Positions 50,602 to 52,100 of a stretch of 52,100 nucleotides of DNA are shown piece by piece. The stretch lies in the NCBI GenBank assembly GCA_964648105.1, contig CAZYMH010000002.1, positions 1 through 52,100 on the forward strand. The letters are read 5' to 3'. Origin of the DNA: an uncultured Candidatus Saccharibacteria bacterium (GTDB taxonomy: Bacteria; Patescibacteriota; Saccharimonadia; Saccharimonadales; 2-12-FULL-41-12). How positions within the stretch are numbered: the stretch's first letter is position 1; each line of letters opens with the position of its first letter. The position numbers and the translations under genes were made by a program. Under the pieces are notes generated by a model. That model saw only the letters and a program-made list of their open reading frames with translations. It had not been told where the DNA came from and did not search any database.

Positions 50602-51645
50602 TTAAAATGATATGTATTTTCGGGATTTTTGCTTGGCCTTAATGTCGTTGAGATATTGAGGTGTGTCTTTGTAATTAAATGCAATATGAGCTGCCCTAAC
50701 TTGGTTACCCTTAACTTCTAAGACTTTTACAATTTCTAGGCCATAACCAGTGTCGATTACACCCGAATACTCATTGGGCTTAAGCTTAAAGATCGCATCG
50801 GCTATTTTTGGCGAGAGATCTCGACTCGATTTGTCGAGTAATGCCCCATATTCACCGCCATTTTGAGCAGTAATGTTGTCTTCGGACACTTCTTTGGCTA
50901 GCTGAGCAAAATCTTTGCCATTTTTGAGCTGCTGATATGCAGTATTTGCTTTATCATGAGTATCTTTGGCTAGAAATGACACAACTTTATGGTTAAGTGT
51001 CTGGGTTTTGAGCGAACGCCGAAAATCTTTGATATTCCAACCCCAATACTCGTTTAAAATATTAGATAATTCTTGATCATTACCACTTAGTCTGTTTTGG
51101 TCACGAACAACTTTTATAGCATCATCGACCTCTGATTCGCTTACAGTAATGTTATTTTGTTTAGCGATTTCCTTGACATAGGCATCGTCGACGACTTTGT
51201 CTAAGGCACGTTTCTTAAATTCGGCTAGCTGAGCCTTGCCAGCATCAGTATTGAAGTCTAATTTTTGCTGAGTTTGGTAATAATGTTTGTAATGATTTAT
51301 CTCAAAAAGATAATTTTCGTAAGGCACAAAATCTGAGCCAATTCTGGCTACTGGGAATGGCACAACTTTAGTGACTTTATAGATGAAATCAGAGTAATTT
51401 TTGGTTTTGTATAGCACTACAACGCAGTAACTAAAAAACCCAAGTAAAGCTACCAAAAAGACCGATATAGATATACCAACTAACTTATGCTTGGCATGCT
51501 GCAAGGGGTAAATATACTTCCTAGCTCCTTTTAGCACTTCTTCGCGGTGAAGAGCGACTGTATCATTAGTAACCCTAGTGTCTTTATCGACAAGGGGAGC
51601 TTTTTTGCGTGGGTATATTTTCTTTAATTTATTCTTCATCTTCAC
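50602..51645 (-). CDS. Membrane-anchored parvulin-type peptidyl-prolyl isomerase (PrsA/SurA-like)
   Basis: N-terminal TM, a SurA-N-like helical region, and the PpiC domain FAQLAKEVSEDNITAQNGGEYG...GVIDTGYGLEIVKV. Confidence 0.8.
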   Translation of the reverse strand: MKMKNKLKKIYPRKKAPLVDKDTRVTNDTVALHREEVLKGARKYIYPLQHAKHKLVGISISVFLVALLGFFSYCVVVLYKTKNYSDFIYKVTKVVPFPVARIGSDFVPYENYLFEINHYKHYYQTQQKLDFNTDAGKAQLAEFKKRALDKVVDDAYVKEIAKQNNITVSESEVDDAIKVVRDQNRLSGNDQELSNILNEYWGWNIKDFRRSLKTQTLNHKVVSFLAKDTHDKANTAYQQLKNGKDFAQLAKEVSEDNITAQNGGEYGALLDKSSRDLSPKIADAIFKLKPNEYSGVIDTGYGLEIVKVLEVKGNQVRAAHIAFNYKDTPQYLNDIKAKQKSRKYISF

Positions 51646-52087
51646 TATATTGATTATTCATCGGCGAGTTAGCACTCAAAAAGCCTTGATCTCGCAAAAT
51701 CGCCAATAACTTTTTTTGGGTTTTGGCAGGGTGATGAATATCATGAATTACCAAATCGCCAACAAAAGTTTGTATATTTATTGTACCAAATCCTAGCAGA
51801 GTTTGCTCGAGTCCTGAAATCTCGTAATTAATCATTTGTATCTGATTTAGGCCAATATCGACCACACTTTTGTTCCAAAAACCTTTTTGAGTTATCTGAA
51901 TTAAACGCTGGTCGGTTACCAAGTATACACTGTAATTCCATGTAATCCACCATGGCATAAAAACTAGCCCAGCCAAGATAAAACCACCGACTAACCCACC
52001 AATAAGATAGCTATATTCGGGCTTAATGTATGCTGGAATGGTACCTAACAAGATAGCCAGCATTGCATAAATTAAGCCTCGTCTCAT
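51629..52087 (-). CDS. Bacterial PH-domain (bPH_2/YdbT-like) membrane protein
   Basis: Two N-terminal TM helices, then YLVTDQRLIQITQKGFWNKSVVDIGLNQI. Confidence 0.6.
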   Translation of the reverse strand: MRRGLIYAMLAILLGTIPAYIKPEYSYLIGGLVGGFILAGLVFMPWWITWNYSVYLVTDQRLIQITQKGFWNKSVVDIGLNQIQMINYEISGLEQTLLGFGTINIQTFVGDLVIHDIHHPAKTQKKLLAILRDQGFLSANSPMNNQYSEDEE

Positions 52088-52100
52088 AACAATTGGGTGC

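Overview
AT-rich, very gene-dense bacterial window with mostly minus-strand genes. Gene content and rRNA architecture resemble a small-genome, Gram-positive-type Patescibacteria/CPR organism, perhaps Saccharibacteria-like; this is inference only, since no search was possible. Contents in order: the 5' 1.7 kb of a 23S rRNA and a complete 16S rRNA, both with expansion insertions. They are separated by 13.5 kb holding tRNA-Ala, tRNA-Ile and three same-strand CDS, two of them giant adhesin-like surface proteins (2063 and 1742 aa). Then gyrB-gyrA; an envelope cluster (LPXTG-type surface protein, coiled-coil membrane protein, TraD/VirD4-like ATPase, small membrane proteins); a 1.4-kb ORF-free AT-rich gap with a candidate small RNA; comM; infC-rpmI-rplT; RNase P RNA; an RNase HI fusion; tRNA-Pro; rpmB; murT-gatD; miaA; an alkyltransferase-like protein; thrS with a T-box-like leader; tRNA-Val; nrdR; a processive GT2 synthase; tRNA-Thr; tRNA-Asp; an Nramp transporter; and a parvulin PPIase. 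I saw no CRISPR array, transposase, integrase, reverse transcriptase or recognisable defence system. Most notable observations: (1) the rRNA operon is split by giant surface-protein genes that have their own predicted promoters and a terminator. (2) Two stable-RNA genes (16S and tRNA-Pro) each carry a perfect 38-bp direct duplication of their 5' end, enclosing a short structured spacer. (3) The two giant proteins have unusual domain mosaics. (4) Several unannotated structured or small-RNA candidates lie in AT-rich gaps. All coordinates for RNA ends, promoters and hairpins were read by eye and are approximate to a few nt.
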